A stretch of 64,000 nt of DNA, the filler included, from an uncultured bacterium (GTDB lineage: Bacteria; Auribacterota; CAZIXI01), in assembly GCA_964543115.1 (NCBI GenBank). It is 5 parts of 5 records of this genome, joined end to end, with 100 filler letters (N's around TTAATTAATTAA, not from the genome) between each part and the next. Parts side by side here need not be neighbours in the genome. Positions count along the whole stretch, not along the records: positions 53,973 to 64,000 come from CAZIXI010000123.1; 4 more parts are not named here. One strand, 5' to 3'. A program made the position numbers and the translations under genes. Under the pieces are notes generated by a model, which made no database searches, was not told the DNA's origin, and was given only the letters and a program-made list of their open reading frames with translations. Shown in pieces: positions 63,397-64,000 of the stretch. How positions within the stretch are numbered: the first letter of the stretch is position 1; each line of letters starts with the position of its first letter.

Positions 63397-64000
63397 TTAT
63401 CCTCGACAGTGTAGGCGTTGGGGAATTACCCGATGCCGCCGACTATGGGGACCGGGGCAGTAATACCCTGGGCAACCTGGCCTCCACCCTGGGCGGTCTT
63501 CAACTGCCGCATTTGGGCCGGCTGGGGCTGGGTAATATCATTGCCCTTAGCGGTGTGCCAGCGGCCGTCTATCCAACAGCCGCTTACGGTAAAATGGCTG
63601 AACGTTCCGCCGGTAAGGACACAACCACCGGCCACTGGGAATTAATGGGTCTGGTGACCACAACACCATTTCCCACCTATCCGCGGGGTTTTCCTCCGGA
63701 AATCATCGATCCCTTCCAACAGGCTATCGGCACAAAAATTATCGGCAATAAACCGGCATCCGGAACAGAAATCATTAAGGAACTGGGAGCAGAACATCTG
63801 GCCACCGGCTATCCGATTATCTATACCTCCGCGGACAGCGTCTTCCAGATCGCTGCCCATGAAGAAGCTATTCCCCTGGCCCGTTTGTACGAAATATGCA
63901 AGATCGCCCGCGGTCTCCTGCAAAAACCGCACAATGTTTCCCGGGTAATTGCCAGACCGTTTACCGGCCGGCCCGGGTCATTCACCCGGACAAAAAACCG
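63372..64000 (+). CDS. deoB: Phosphopentomutase; runs off window edge
   Basis: Not in the ORF track. Manual translation gives [33 protein letters not shown]...[13 protein letters not shown]...[12 protein letters not shown]...[16 protein letters not shown]. Confidence 0.95.
   Translation, partial: MEKYRAIIIILDSVGVGELPDAADYGDRGSNTLGNLASTLGGLQLPHLGRLGLGNIIALSGVPAAVYPTAAYGKMAERSAGKDTTTGHWELMGLVTTTPFPTYPRGFPPEIIDPFQQAIGTKIIGNKPASGTEIIKELGAEHLATGYPIIYTSADSVFQIAAHEEAIPLARLYEICKIARGLLQKPHNVSRVIARPFTGRPGSFTRTKN

Overview
This 64 kb window is five contigs joined by N-padded TTAATTAATTAA linkers (13722-13821, 27420-27519, 40805-40904, 53873-53972), so adjacency across those linkers means nothing. The housekeeping backbone is gap-pgk-tpiA-secG, gyrB-gyrA (each with an HNH-type intein)-archease-rtcB-serS-tRNA-Ser, nth-like plus adenosine-kinase-family genes, mazEF, and pdp-comEA-comEC(MBL)-cdd-deoB. 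Scattered through it is a family of large to giant proteins (500-3800 aa). Every member with an intact N-terminus has a Sec-type signal peptide followed by L-[AS]-[PA]-x-[ST] (5/5), and every member with an intact C-terminus ends in [AS]-[VIL] (6/6). Their cargo domains normally act in a cytoplasm: Upf1/DNA2-like SF1 helicase, a divergent phosphoglycerate kinase, GT-A glycosyltransferase, GNAT, HExxH protease motifs, PPP phosphatases, amidoligase-like domains and a toxin-like tip. I infer a bipartite-tagged effector export system of a predatory or host-dependent bacterium; the style is Omnitrophota-like, but taxonomy is not proven. Two members of the family sit in integron-type cassettes bounded by attC sites next to tRNA-Ser. 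Other notable items are a c-di-GMP-I-like riboswitch with a large structured insertion, a nested MITE/REP element with a target-site duplication, and a probable chimeric agmatinase/aminotransferase junction. All calls come from motif reading by eye; no searches were run.
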